From Raillietiella orientalis (taxonomy: Eukaryota): DNA of 64,000 bases. The notes under the pieces are model-generated. The model had not been told where the DNA came from. It made no database searches and was given only the letters and a program-made list of their open reading frames with translations. A program made the translations under genes and the position numbers. The stretch covers positions 1,860,001 through 1,924,000 of the forward strand of contig JAYWIR010000014.1 of assembly GCA_036172245.1 (NCBI GenBank). The letters run 5' to 3'. Positions 24,121-37,162 of the stretch are shown here, piece after piece; within the stretch, counting starts at the first letter, position 1, and each line of letters starts with the position of its first letter.

Positions 24121-27100
24121 CTAAGGGAATGCCAGCACTCCTTTACGCAGATTTGTGAAATGCATTTGTACTGTACCGGAGTGTACACATTTCCGAACCT
24201 ACAAATAGGTTTTAACCTTGTCGTTTCATTCAAGTGTCATTACTATTATAGAATGCTAATTGTTTATCAGTCCCAACATTTAGTGTTACATAAGTTGAAG
24301 CATCTTTCATCTCAAAATCTTTCAAGATATCGTGGCAATTATTACATCATATAACAGATATTAGGTAAAGATGTCCTATTAACAAATAATTAATGAATAA
24401 AATACCAATATGATATAATATAATTTAATGCTTACTTGGAATGAATTGAAATGTATTTTTTATAAATAAAAATATGGAAATTAAATACTGGAAAAAAATT
24501 TTCATTTTACGTTACATAATTGTACGTGATATTCGGTCTATACAGTGCATTCCGTATTCTCTGATGATGCTCTCAAATTAGAGCACATCCTGACTTCGCT
24601 CCCAAACCACACGACAACAAATGTGGCATAAAACTTTCAGGAGTCATGTGAACGTATTTGGTTGAATAAGAATCAATGCATGTATGTATGTAATGTATGT
24701 AAGAGCACATCTCATATGAATCATTACTGTGCTCTCGTTACTGTTCTTTTTAATTAAATCGAATATCTGCATGATTTTTTTTATTCATGAATATATTCAA
24801 TTACAGAAATATTCACGAATACTAATAACTAAAAAGTGCCACCGATCTCTGTTCCAGCTCTCACGTTGAGTCGGTCCTGAGTCCTACCCAAGGAACACGA
24901 CCAACAGAAAAATCCTAGTCAGCACATCCGAGTGCCTTTCTTAGACTGAGAGTGGACGAGGCCTCTCGTTCGATTGCTGAAGACCTCGACGGCCATCGTC
25001 AACTTATGTAGCTCAAAACTCGGCAAAACTAGGAAAGCGACTCGAAGAATGGGATTTTCCCGAAGAAGCTTCCCTTTGACAAAGATCCGATATCTTGTGG
25101 ATTCCGAGTTCCGGAGGAACAAGTGTCCCTTGAGCGTGCTCCTGAGGCTGGATTCTTGCGACAACGTTCACACGAAGAGCAAAGGTTGCGGAGCAGTACT
25201 GCGGCTGACGGAACAGGTACTGCCGATGAAGAACTCAAGTGAGCAGCCTCCTCCCCCAAACATGAACGCCATCTTCAGCAGAAGCAGGAACGAAAGCAAA
25301 GTAGCTCGAGCCCACGCAGGTTCGAACGGTGGATCAAAAGTAGCTCTTTGGGAGCAGGAGATGCCGAACCGGAATCCATCCGCAACTTGACTGACAGCGA
25401 CGCGACGTAATGCAGGAGTACTCTGCTTCTTGGAACAAAAATCTGTTGGCTGCAGCAATTGCTCTCCCATCACCGAACCTTCGGCGGGATTGAGTGCAAC
25501 GAACCCACGATGCGCGTCTGTAAGGCAGCCTGCGGGCAACAAAGAGCGGACTTTGTTGCGCGGAGAGCATGGATCATGTGGATGGAGAGCACGGATGGAT
25601 TCGTGGCTTTCGAAACATGGGATGATTAACGTGGAAGCAGTGTCAAAGGTCAGGCTCCGGACTCAAAGTGCAGATTCCCACCACCGGGAATAGGGGAGGC
25701 TGCAAGAGGTGCTTGATGAAGAACTACGAGACATTTGGGGTACACCTCGACCTTCGTCGATGAAAGGAGAGACAGTAGTATCTTCGCATCCTAATTCACC
25801 GTTCAGGACAAAAGAGTTGGAGTGCACTCAAAAGTCCTTCCAAAGTCCTTCTCCCCCCCCCTCCTCCTTCCCAAATGGATTGAGCCGATGTTTGCCACCC
25901 CTTCGAGAACTCGATGGTGCTCCCCAGAATAATGGCGTACCCAGGACACGTGTTGAGCGCATCGCTGAGGTCATCAGTCAAGGTTAAGCAATCTGAGCAG
26001 CAGGCACCACACTCGTAATGTAGAGTAGTCGGAAATGTGGCACTGCTCTCCTCTCCTAGAGTGGTGATAGCGATGGGCAAAAAATGCCTCTCAACCGACG
26101 TCTACCCCGAAACTTTTGAATACATCTGTTGGGAACAAAAGGGATACGTGTAAACCTCCACGGGGGGATTTCCAGTTCGATCCCTCGCTGCAAGAAACGC
26201 TGCTGGAGGAATCTCACAATTATGCGCCTACATGACACGGCGGATTCTGCTTCTAGTTTTATTATTTTTTCTCACTGGGCTTCATCATCGACACATCATC
26301 TCAGAGCAGTGCGAATTAGGTGGCGTGACCACGGGTACCCCATCATGCGAGATGATGTCTCGGCAAAAATTTTAAGAACCGTGCTCTCCCTCCTTCCCGG
26401 GATGGTGACAGAATCGTCTCAGAAAAATTTCTAGATGAGTCCCTGCACTAAAGTGTGGGCGTGTACAGAATGAGTGCACGTTCATAATAATGCTTAATAA
26501 TATGTCTTGAGCAGGTCTCACGGAGATCACTGGTCTTTGCAGCTTGTGAGGCGGAAGAGTTAGAGAGGTGGGTCGGGATGCTGATAGTTTCCATAACAAA
26601 TGTTTACTTGGAAGTGATCTGCTGGCTCGTCCTCCCGGTTTTTCCGGGACATTTTTTATATAAAATAATTAATTTACATTTCTGTGGTAGAACAGTTGGT
26701 TTTACCAAGTACTAAAGAAAAACACACGGAGCTTGCCAAATACTGGTGCGCAGACCGGTGAGGTCCACTTCGCCAGCGAAGGGGAAGGGAAATCCAAGGA
26801 CAAAAATAAAGAAACGAAAAAAAAGGACGGAAAAACTTGCCTCAGGGAAGGAAGGAGGGCAAATCGAGGAAGGGATCACAGCTTGCTGCGAGATGTCCTC
26901 TACATCCCGTCCAGAATGCTCGTCAGTTTTTTCGGCTACTGAGTGGCGTCCTTTCCATTCTGGCCTCTTCTTCCTGAGTTTCAGTCCGCCACTATCCTGC
27001 GAAGACAACAGAGAACTGCAAGGGATGCGGCTGGCGGCAGTGTGGCACTTACGAAAAGGCGTTCAAAATGTCCTTGGGGCCACCCACCGGAATTCTAAGG

Positions 27101-28399
27101 GCCGTCTCTAGGCTATCCCAAAGGGATCAGAGAGCAGCGCAGTCAGGAAGCAGACGTGGGAGAGTCTCCTTCTTCCCGCATCTGTCGCACTTAGAGTCCA
27201 CTCTCCCCATGTCCACTGGTGAAGGCGTGCTTTGCACGGGAGGTCCCCATGAACCACCAGCAACGCCAACTCCTGCCACTTAAGGGAAAGGGTTCCATTG
27301 TTCCAGCACGCTGAGGACCACGTCAAGTTCTCCGGAGGGGTTGCGAGGGCTCAACCCAGCACAGAATTCCATTGGATAGGGCACTCGAGGTTGCAGCGTT
27401 CGTTAGCTCCCATGTTGTTCACGCACCCAGAAGTTTCCTTTTTGCTGTAATACAGCATGTCACCTCCCACCTTGCTGGGATGTCACTGTCCCTTGCTTCC
27501 CTTAGGAACGGCAGCATTGCTTGTGATCTTGTTAGGCTTCGAGCCTTCGTGTGGGTTCACACAGATACTCACTGGGAGGTTCTCTAAGGAAGAAGAGTCT
27601 GGCATGGCCATCCCGGGCACCATGTGCACCCACAAGACCGCAAGACTGAACCTGGTCCTGAACATGTACGAGCCTTCATGCAGAGGACGCTTAAGACCGG
27701 CGACGAATCAGCCAACGGGCTGCTGTGGACAAAAACAACTCGGATCGCAATACGTTAGGCTAATGGGATCAAGAGTTTTTCCTCAACCTATCTGCGATGA
27801 TGGATAAGGTGAAAGGAGTTTGAGAACTTCCTCTAGGAACAGCTTTCCGGTTGCAGACCAAACCGTATCTCGCAACTAGGATCAAGGAGATAGTTTTCTT
27901 AAGGCAAAGCTAACTCCGGAGAGCACTTCTGGATGTTTGAGCAGAATGTAAACGTGATATCATGAGAAGAGGAACGCAGTTCAAAGCAAACAGGAAAGTG
28001 GGGAAGATCTCTCCATTGCTTCAATCTCCTCGAGATGGAATCTTCATAAAGGCTGCGGATCCCTCTTGGAGTCTACCATTCAACAGGGTGGAAGTCTGGT
28101 CTTGATGGACGCACAAATCTCCCTAAGCATCATCTGCACCGCCTTTCCCGACAGAGGCTAGTATAGCCTCTTTGAAGTTGATACACAGTCATTGCTGCGC
28201 TCGGAGGTACTCTTCCCTCACTGCAAGCAGCAGAGCAGGCTGATGATGGCAGGCTGCACATGGGGCAGCACAAGGGAGCGCTCGCGGTGCATATGGTTGA
28301 CTACTCTTTGTTGAGGCAAAAAGGCACACCAAAGCATGCTAGCGCTCGTGGAGGACATTTGGGGGCTATGGAGAAGACGGATGCAGTTTCAGAAAACCG

Positions 28400-31300
28400 A
28401 ACAACCAGAGCTGACGGACTGACGAGATAGAAGCTCCCTTCTGGTTTCGAAAACGGACCAGGGTCTCTTTCGAAGAGCTAACGGTCATATTCTCCCAGAG
28501 AAAACGTTTCTACCATCAACCGGGATAGAGACTATGGACGAGTGCCAATCGAAGTAGCCAATGGAGAGGGTCATTTGATCTTAAGCCAGAAACATCCTCT
28601 TCAAAGCTTTAGAATCCTTTAGTAAGGAGTCAAAGGATTTTGGGACTGTTCCATCGCCCGAAGAGCTTCGTGCCAAGAAAGATGGGTTCGGTTGAATATC
28701 TCCGAGGAAAAAAAACGACTTTCTGTTGTCGAGGAAGGGAGAACGTATGAGAGAGAAATGTCCTATGAGGACCTCCACATCCCTCATACTGGATGGAGAG
28801 GACCCAGAAGCTTCACAGCAGGAATGAAACTGTGGGGGAACATTCTCTGGCGTTCTGCGCATTGCACACTGAGCGAAAGAGGAAAAATGGGGAGAATCAT
28901 GGCTGGAAATCTCACTCTTCTCGAAGCATCAAATTGCGACAGATGGCCACAAGGTGATGGAATTAGGGAATTTTTAAAAGACTTTTTTTTCTCCATCAGC
29001 TTATGAGTGGTTTCAAGCAATGTCAAGGACAGAGCAGTGGTCTCGTCTCATCTGAAGAGAAAGTATCACACTCGTTCCAAGCGCTCGGGAACTCGAGTGG
29101 GGCGAGCCCAACTCGAATTCTCAGACTTGAAGAATGTCGGCGAACCGTTAGCACATTCTTCCACTTTAGTGACTGCCACACTGGTCGGCTCTCAAAAGAC
29201 ATAAACGAGGAAGATAGGCCATACAGACTCGCCCTCTCTACGCCCAGCACGCTGCAAGATTCGAGTCCAATACTCCGTGCACTTTCGGTCCAGTTTGAAA
29301 AACCTGAACGAAACATGAGCATGTTCGAAAGGACTCCGCGCAAGGTGCACGAGCATTCTCGATGTGACGCAGGTGTATCCGGTTCGCGAGAAAAGACCCT
29401 CTGGAAACGAAAAATTTCCAGGATGAGTTCCTCATTTTGAAATCTCAAAGCTGAGAGAGAAATGTTGAAACGGACGCTTAGGATGAACAGTGCCTGTCCT
29501 TAGCAGCATCCGATAGACACAAACGAGCGGTTGCACTCTGGAAGATCCTTTTTCACGAGTGAGGACTTGTCTGTCTGTTTAATTCTGCTGGGCAGCCGAG
29601 AGAATATGACTTGATGGAGCTGTTTTATTGGTTTTCCAGAGACTTTCGGAGAACAACTGAGATCTTTGATATTCAAGCAAGCTGTCTTTCATTAACCACG
29701 GCTTGACCAATCGCTTGTCGCTCCTTTTGTGCACATCGGAAGACGGTACAGAGTTCCGAGGGCAGGAAAGAGTGTGATACTTTCTCAGGTTTGGTGCTCA
29801 ACAAGGTCGGTAAATGCAACCAGCAGTAGTCAGTAAATTCTTAATCACCTGAACGGGGGGGATTCTCTGAAACGCGCAATTAGAACTTGGATGCTTGAGG
29901 ATAGCCAGTGAAGGACAACATTCTTCGTAAGAAGACGAGACGAATAAAGCAATCTGAAAAATAAATCAAAAGCAAAATTAAAAGAGCCTCAGTCTGAAAC
30001 CAGGTTGACCTACGGCCATGCATGTAACTTTGGCTGAATGCCGCTTCCAGATCCCGCACAAGAAATCAGCAGATGAAAATTGCAAAGGGATTTGAAGTCA
30101 AAGTACGGAAGCTGCGGTGGGTACTTAAAACAGCACATGGGCAACGAGGAAAACTTGTAGAAAAGGAAAACCCAGGTCCGCGAATGCAATATTTTAAAAC
30201 AATCCAGTTGCCAGGAAAAGGATCCATTCCAACCATTGAGTGGCGATTTTATTTCTGAGTTCAGAGGCATTTCCCTCCGAAGAAATCAGAAAGGATATGA
30301 AAATAAGAAATTTGTTCAAGGAAGAAAGCAAGAAGAAATCTGTTGGTCAGTTGAACACAACAAATGGCAACTTTGATATAAAATGTGGTCTTCATGAATA
30401 CATACATCATCACAAAGGGAAGCAACCATTACTTAGGAGTGTGCTGCATATCTGAAAACCTCCTCCATTAGTGTCCTTCTTGTCAATCAGATTTCTAACC
30501 CTTATGAACTGTAGAATTTTGGAGCCTCAGCTGAAAGCACTGGACAGTTTTTTCTTCAACTATAGGTGACCTATAATGCTGACTTCCCTTGATCTTCCTT
30601 AGAAGCAACGTCTATGTCAGGCAGCTCTTCATATGTTGCGCTCCCCAAAACCCGAGTTCGATCGCTGAGAACGTTCAGTTGCAACGTGTTTATCAAGCAA
30701 GTGGAACAGATCCTTCTTGTTTTTTTCTCATGTTGGCTCCAGATTGCTTCATCCATCTTACAAAAGCGGATGCATGTGAGTGTGAGGGTTTTCAAACTAC
30801 TCTTCCTTACGACACGTGGTAGTTTGTGCCTTTCACACTTGACCAGTGCGTCATACCACAAGGCACATCTCGCTCATCTACAAGGAAAAATAGCGTTGGA
30901 AATAATTTCGAACATGACCTTCCAAACATAGGGGTTTCTTCTTGAGAATTTTGCGAGCTTTTTCTTCAGAAAACACGTTTCTTTTGACGAACACAAGGCC
31001 ATCACGAACAAAAAGAGAAACAGCTCAAGAAATAATGTAGCTCTTAATCTGAGTGAACATAGAACCATTTCTCTTGGGAGGCAATTCATTCCGAAAGAGG
31101 ATGACTTTCATCTGGATTTTTCATGATTTTTTTTTTTTCTCTCAAAGAATTCACTGGTAGCGTCGGAGCAAGCACCCCTTTCCTGCCTGTGTTGCTTTCA
31201 GATTCCATCACCATCTTCCTTCCTCTCCCCCCTCTCTCTTCGTCGGATCTAAATATATTCCGACGTGCATGTCGCTTGGATGTTTCTTTTCAGAAGCTTC

Positions 31301-31700
31301 CCTGCCAAAAAATCCGTCATGCCCAAACGCACTGAGCATGGGAAGCAAGAAGTTTTGGAGTTTGGAAAGTTCCCTCATGGTAGAGAGAGCCATGCTGAGG
31401 ACTGTGAAGGAAGAGGCTGTGAAGAAAACTCAACAAAACGCACTTGAAAACACAACAGTGTACAATTCAGGCCTGGTGCGAAGGAGTAAAAACACACTTC
31501 TTAGGCATGAGGACTGCGATGGTGATTTATCAAGTGAGTTCTTGTTTCTCCACGAGCACCGGCTGGTTCATTCTGAAGTAGGTGAGGAATGTATGCTGAA
31601 GATCGTAAACCTGCTTTCGTCTTTAATAAATAAGATGATCGCCTCTTCCGACAATTCTCCATGCCGAAATAACGACACTGAATTGCTTCGTTAATCACTC
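28400..31700 (+). mobile_element. Degenerate L1/Tx1-like ORF2 (APE + RT remnants)
   Basis: IMAGN (GDFN-like, about 28900), FSDCH (about 29165), SPERGGFSE (SPGPDG-like, about 29845), SLSL/NQVD across a frameshift (RPISL.N.D-like, about 29990), EPQL (about 30522), MPKRTEHG (about 31320). Motifs are in colinear order. Confidence 0.5.
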
Positions 31701-33649
31701 GCAGCAACAGTGCCTTTCGATAAGGAAGAAGGGTTCGGACCGGGTGAGCTCACAGAGGACGGAGTCCAGTAATTTATAGCGATTGATCCAATCGCAGCTC
31801 GAATAAGAGAAAAAGGATACATGGCTAACTTCGGAAAAAGAATGATCTGTCCCAGAAGTGAAACGTTTCGATTCCACGATTGCAGGTAGAAAAGGAACCG
31901 CTGGACTGTTACGGATTAGGCGCGAGAACAGCATCGCAATCAAAGCCGTTTTCCTCAAAAAATGACCTCTGCGAGAAAGCAGAGAAGGAGATGGGGAGGC
32001 GACGGGAATTCATCTGCGCTTTTGTTTCATCTTCCATCTAGCTCCAACGATTCCATCTTCTACATCACACCGTTCTGCAGAGCTGCAAGGAATCTCGGCA
32101 AAGTAGTGAGTGGAACAAACGCAAGATGAGGCAGCTGCTTCGAATGAGGTTGTCCAAAACCCAGTGGCCAACCATAGGTGCGTTCTGAAGTAACATCACA
32201 TCACAGAATTTCTGAAGTAGGGACATTCCAGAGTGATCTTGGATCTGTCGAGGAGACACCCTTCCATTCCACAGATTTCGGAAACTGTGGATCCTTTCAT
32301 ACGTATCGCATTGCAAAGTCTTGAGTGAGAAGGTACTCGAAATAAACTGGAGACATTCGGATGATGATGATGCACGACTTGGATTCCGAATCGTCTTTTC
32401 CAAGTGAGATGTCCCCGCACGCAGTCCAAGAGGAAATGCTATCTCGATGGAGAGTATGCTGATAAAGAAGCAACTGGCATTCTGCACACGTCAGGGAAGT
32501 TCACTTATCTAGGAATGGGAAAGGGAAAAGTGGTACAAGAAGGAGAAGAAGGAGAAAGTGCACAGATGTATGGAAAAAATAAGGATGGAACAATCCGAAG
32601 GAATCACAACAGAGATAAAAATGGGCCATCACTGACCGCCTGCTGCTTGTGCGCTCTCATTTTTGCAGACCTCTTTCATTCTTTTCTTTTTCTTTTTTTT
32701 CGAGCTGCATCCTTTAACGAAAATGGTGCTCCTTGGACGTCTCTGCTTCTCATTCTCCTTCCTTCCCATCTCCATCGCAATTCAAAATTTGCCAAGTTGG
32801 AGGGGTTTTTCCTCGCGATTCCCTGCTACCGTTCTTTCCGCACGGCGCATTGCAAACTGAGCACATGAAAACAGATGCGTACTTTCTGAATCGGTTTGCA
32901 CCGCTTCCGCACTTGTCAGTCGACGTCTCTGTATGGATACGTGGCTGCACAGGGCAAAGCAAACGCGCGGTTTTCCCTTTGGCCCTTCGTTGCGAAAGAC
33001 TCTGGAAATCCACAACCGTTTGGTCCATTCTCATAAAATTTTCTTCATTTACACTCAGATTTGACCGAGTCTCACTTGGAGTGAGCAAGCCGATCGCGTC
33101 CTCCTTTGGTTATCACTGACACATTATTCCACTCACCTATGTGATCGATCAGAATCTGGTACGCGCACTAGCAACGGCTGTTTCAATTTATGTTGAACAA
33201 GATGAGACTAAAACCCTCGAGCTTCTGTGTCTTCGGACGACCAAGACAGCCACAATAGATTTGCTGATGTCGGAGAACTCAGTTTTCTAAATCGAAACGC
33301 ATGCATGCCTTGGTCATGACAAACGCTTCTGAGGCTGCCTGCAATCCACATTACAGTTACTTTTGCATTATGTTAGCGATAAAGTGACAGTAATAAACGG
33401 AAAGAGCTGCACGTTATACTTTTTGTAGTGAGGGTATCTACTTTTCTGTTATGTCCGGTTGCTTAAAGAAATGTATTTGTTCTTAAAAAAAAAAAAAATG
33501 CTGCCAACTCTTCTATTTAAAGGATGGATGTCTTCAAGCAAGATGTCGCAGTTTGAACTTTAAGAGTTTGCAGAGCTTAAGATTGTTTCCTTCTGTGCTT
33601 ACTTTTTCCCATCTAGCTCTTCCGAATGAGCGAATGATCCAGATCAAGA

Positions 33650-34400
33650 ACACGCAACAAAACTTATAATAAATACGGCGTTTATGAAATCTTTTACTGT
33701 TCCATGACCTCACAAAACTAGAATTATGGTCACAGTTTAGTATTTGTTCCTAGTTTTTCCAGGGAAAAGTGACTTTCTGTCATGGAGCAAAGAACAAAAT
33801 GAGAAAGTAAAACTCCTCTTCGTTCCAGATACTGTGTACTCAAAGACATATCGAGCAGCGATTCGTCAAGAGATTCGACCAGTGTATATCCATCAGTCAA
33901 GAGCTGTGCACGTCTCGAAACCCGTTAAGTCTTCAGCCTTATACTGTTGATGGGTATGAGGATGTTTAGACAGAAAGGAAGATGCTTGCAATGTTTCCTT
34001 CGTAAGCATGATGAGATGATGCTTCACTGTTTTCCTTCCTGGTATGTCAGTACTTACTTTCGCTTTCATGTTGTTTCATTTGGTGAGTGTGTGTGCGCGG
34101 TGTTTTAAAGAACGGTACAGTTTTAACTCGTTCCCATCTTAAGCATCCATCGTAGTCAGATTTCCACTCATCCACATTTTTCTCTCTCCGCAACTGAAGA
34201 TCCACTGGTGCCTTTGATACACAAAGAAATTGATACAGATTTCCGCTTTTTTCATCATTATTCACAAGAGAACCCCCAGGAACAATAATGTAGAAATTTC
34301 CACTTTACTGTTCCTGATCATTACTTTTGTTTTTTTGTTTTTCGAAATGCATCCTATCCTGCCCACTTCCTGAGTCCATTTTGCTACGACAATTTTTCTA
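33650..34400 (-). mobile_element. Degenerate RT fragment (CR1/L2/Jockey-like)
   Basis: SKAPVD, WERVKTVPFFK (WK.A.V.PIFK-like), TGFE, LDMS in order. Confidence 0.45.
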
Positions 34401-37128
34401 GTTGCATCTAAAAACTGAGATTTGGAAGACTCAGAGGATCACTGCACATATGAACGCGTACAGAAATCCATTTTTTTTTGTTAGGTACAAGACTTAAAGC
34501 AACCTTAAGGGCAGAAACAAATTTCTCAGAAGTTGAGCAGAAATACTAAAATTGATGCAATTTTTACATGTTGCATCTCACCGAGGCAGCTGAAATCGTT
34601 GGAAGCAGCTAGAAAAGCACAGAGCTGAAAAGCTATCCATCCGCTCCTTAAAGCAGTGGTCTACTAACAGATTCTCTACGAGATATTACGATGGCAACGC
34701 GCGATCTGGAAGCTGCAGCAGGTGTGTCCTTTTATTTACAGATATTCGAAAGTACCACCTGTCTTATTTGTCGAGTTTTGCTTGTAGATTCTTTGGAAAC
34801 ACAAAGTCTACCTCCTCTTGTTCATTCGTATTTTCGTCATTTTTCTTTCTGCAGGAACAAAAAAAAAGCAGTTTAAAGCGATGTAAAGCGAAAAAAAAGC
34901 ACATCTTACAGAAGATTGAAAGACTTATAAAGGAAAATCCAAAACTTTCGGGAATAATTTCTTCAAAAAAAAAAAAACCCTCAGTTTACGAAAAGAAAAA
35001 TCATTTCAATATGGAGAAAATTGCCGCAGGGTACCCCTCTGCTCCTCTCTCAAAATAGCCACGATCGGTCCACACCCATTTAATTGCAAGCCACACTTCT
35101 GTCTTGTAGTTTTTGACTATCATGTATTCAATGATTCAGGACAAATACAATCTCTCGAGTTAACATCTTGAATGGACAACATGAATTGCATGTAATTGCA
35201 TCTAATTAATGCACATTCTTCTGAGTGTACATTGAATGATTACGAGCCAACCACTTCCAAAAGGTGTCCCAGGAAATATTCTGGAATCAAAGGTTCATGA
35301 ATCAGAAAAAAATCAAGAATCCAAGGTTTTCTCAAATGCGAAACGCACGGTTTTGAGGAGACCTACCAGAAACATTGAATCTTCTGGATCTTCTTTGAAT
35401 CTTAATGTTAACTCGTATCTCTGTTTTTCTTGATTATTTATTATTTCGAAACTTAATCGTTTAACGTTGACAGGGCAACGGTATGAGGGGGGAAAAGATT
35501 TTAATACATCCTATTTCTCTACTTGTTTTCTCAATGCACTTGAGATCTTAAAATGAAGATTGCTTTTACTTCTTTGCTTTCTGCTCATAAGTATTTTAGC
35601 AACCGCTCACTGTTTCGTCCGATGCAAAGGGAGAGAGCCCCCGATCGCACAGGCGTTGACTACTCGCTTATACTCTTACAATGCACAGTTCTTCGCACTT
35701 ATTAAGAACTCTTGATGTCCTTTCTAAATCGGAAGCCTTGAATTCGCATAAATTTTCCAGAAATAAAGGTACAACACTTCATTCTATGATGTTTCCGATC
35801 CTGCTATTTGTCCTAAATAAAGCATAAGCGCACAAGAAAAAATATAACTGTACTACGAGGATCTCAGATCCCTTCACTAGTACAAAAAAGAATAGTGCTC
35901 TTCTTTCTACATGTGGCTTGCCTTCTTAGCACTCGAGGCTCGTTTCGTCTTTCAAAGCTTTCATTGATTACACTCGTGCTAACTTCACGTCTGCAGAACT
36001 TTCTTAAAAGTCATCATCAAGATCTCCCTATTGTGACTGGGGTGCATATCCATATGTGTGAAGGATGCAACACAATCTTGAGGACTTCCTCTTCATATGA
36101 AATTTTCAAACAAGATTTTATACTTGGTTGTTTCATTATAGTTTTTCTTGAACGCAATAACAGACCTCCGTTTGCAAGTGGCTATTCTGTCGTAAACAAA
36201 ATATTCTCTTGTGTCTCGGAAACTGCACGTAGTACTGCAAGAGAGTAGGGCAGGCAACTGCCATTCAAGCAAGCAAATTCCTTTATAGCATTCCGCAATT
36301 TAATTTTAACATTTCCTTTTTAATACTCTTCTAACCGTACCTCGCTGAATGTAAGTACACAAAATAAGCTTGCATTTATATGGAAGCTCGCCACCTGTAT
36401 GGGCTGAAATCTACTTCTTTCATTTCGAAAAAAATATTCCTACTTCACTTTTATTCCTTGGTTCAACATTTGTTCCTATTCCAACTACGGATCATAACTT
36501 CAATATTTGATTAATTTAATAACCCGATCCTTACATTCCAAGATTAAACAAACTAGTATCCATAACCAAAAATGCGAATTTGCATGAGAAAGCTATCATA
36601 TTTCTTTTATTGAAATAATTTACACCTTGCCTTAAATAATTCAGTGTCTTTCCGAAACACTGACTAAGTTTTTCTTGTTTGCATAACCAAAAAATAAAAA
36701 ACAATCAAATTCTTCTTTTCTTTTCAGAGACAATTCATCAGTGAATATTAAAAGTGCTCTGTGCAACGTTCGCCTTACCTTCAGTCTTTTATTGAACAGG
36801 TTATTTAGTATCTCATATATTAGAAAAGGGATTGTTTCTAATTGAAAATACCTTTAAGTAAACATAAACTAACTCAGAACAGAATCTTTCTGGTCCACAA
36901 CTTTGAAAGTTTATAGAAAATCTAAAGGCAGCTAAAGACAAGTTTCAGTATGGGAAAGTCTCCATGTGATAAGTAATACAAAAACCACACTAGCAGAACA
37001 ATTTGATTTTAAAATAGGAATTGGGGATATAGACAATAATTTATGGTTAACATTTGAAAACTGAACACTGAGCATTGGCCACAAAGTGTATACAAATTTT
37101 CAGAACAGATTTCTAAACAATGAACCTT

Positions 37129-37162
37129 CCTAATTTTCCATAAAACCTAATTTTCCATAAAA
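37129..37162 (+). repeat. 17-bp perfect tandem duplication
   Basis: cctaattttccataaaa x2. Confidence 0.9.

Noticed and set aside
1..33200. Many overlapping 100-325 aa ORFs on both strands
   Set aside because: Arg/Ser/Pro/Gly-rich translations typical of GC-rich non-coding DNA; only scattered TE motifs; no coherent host or viral gene.
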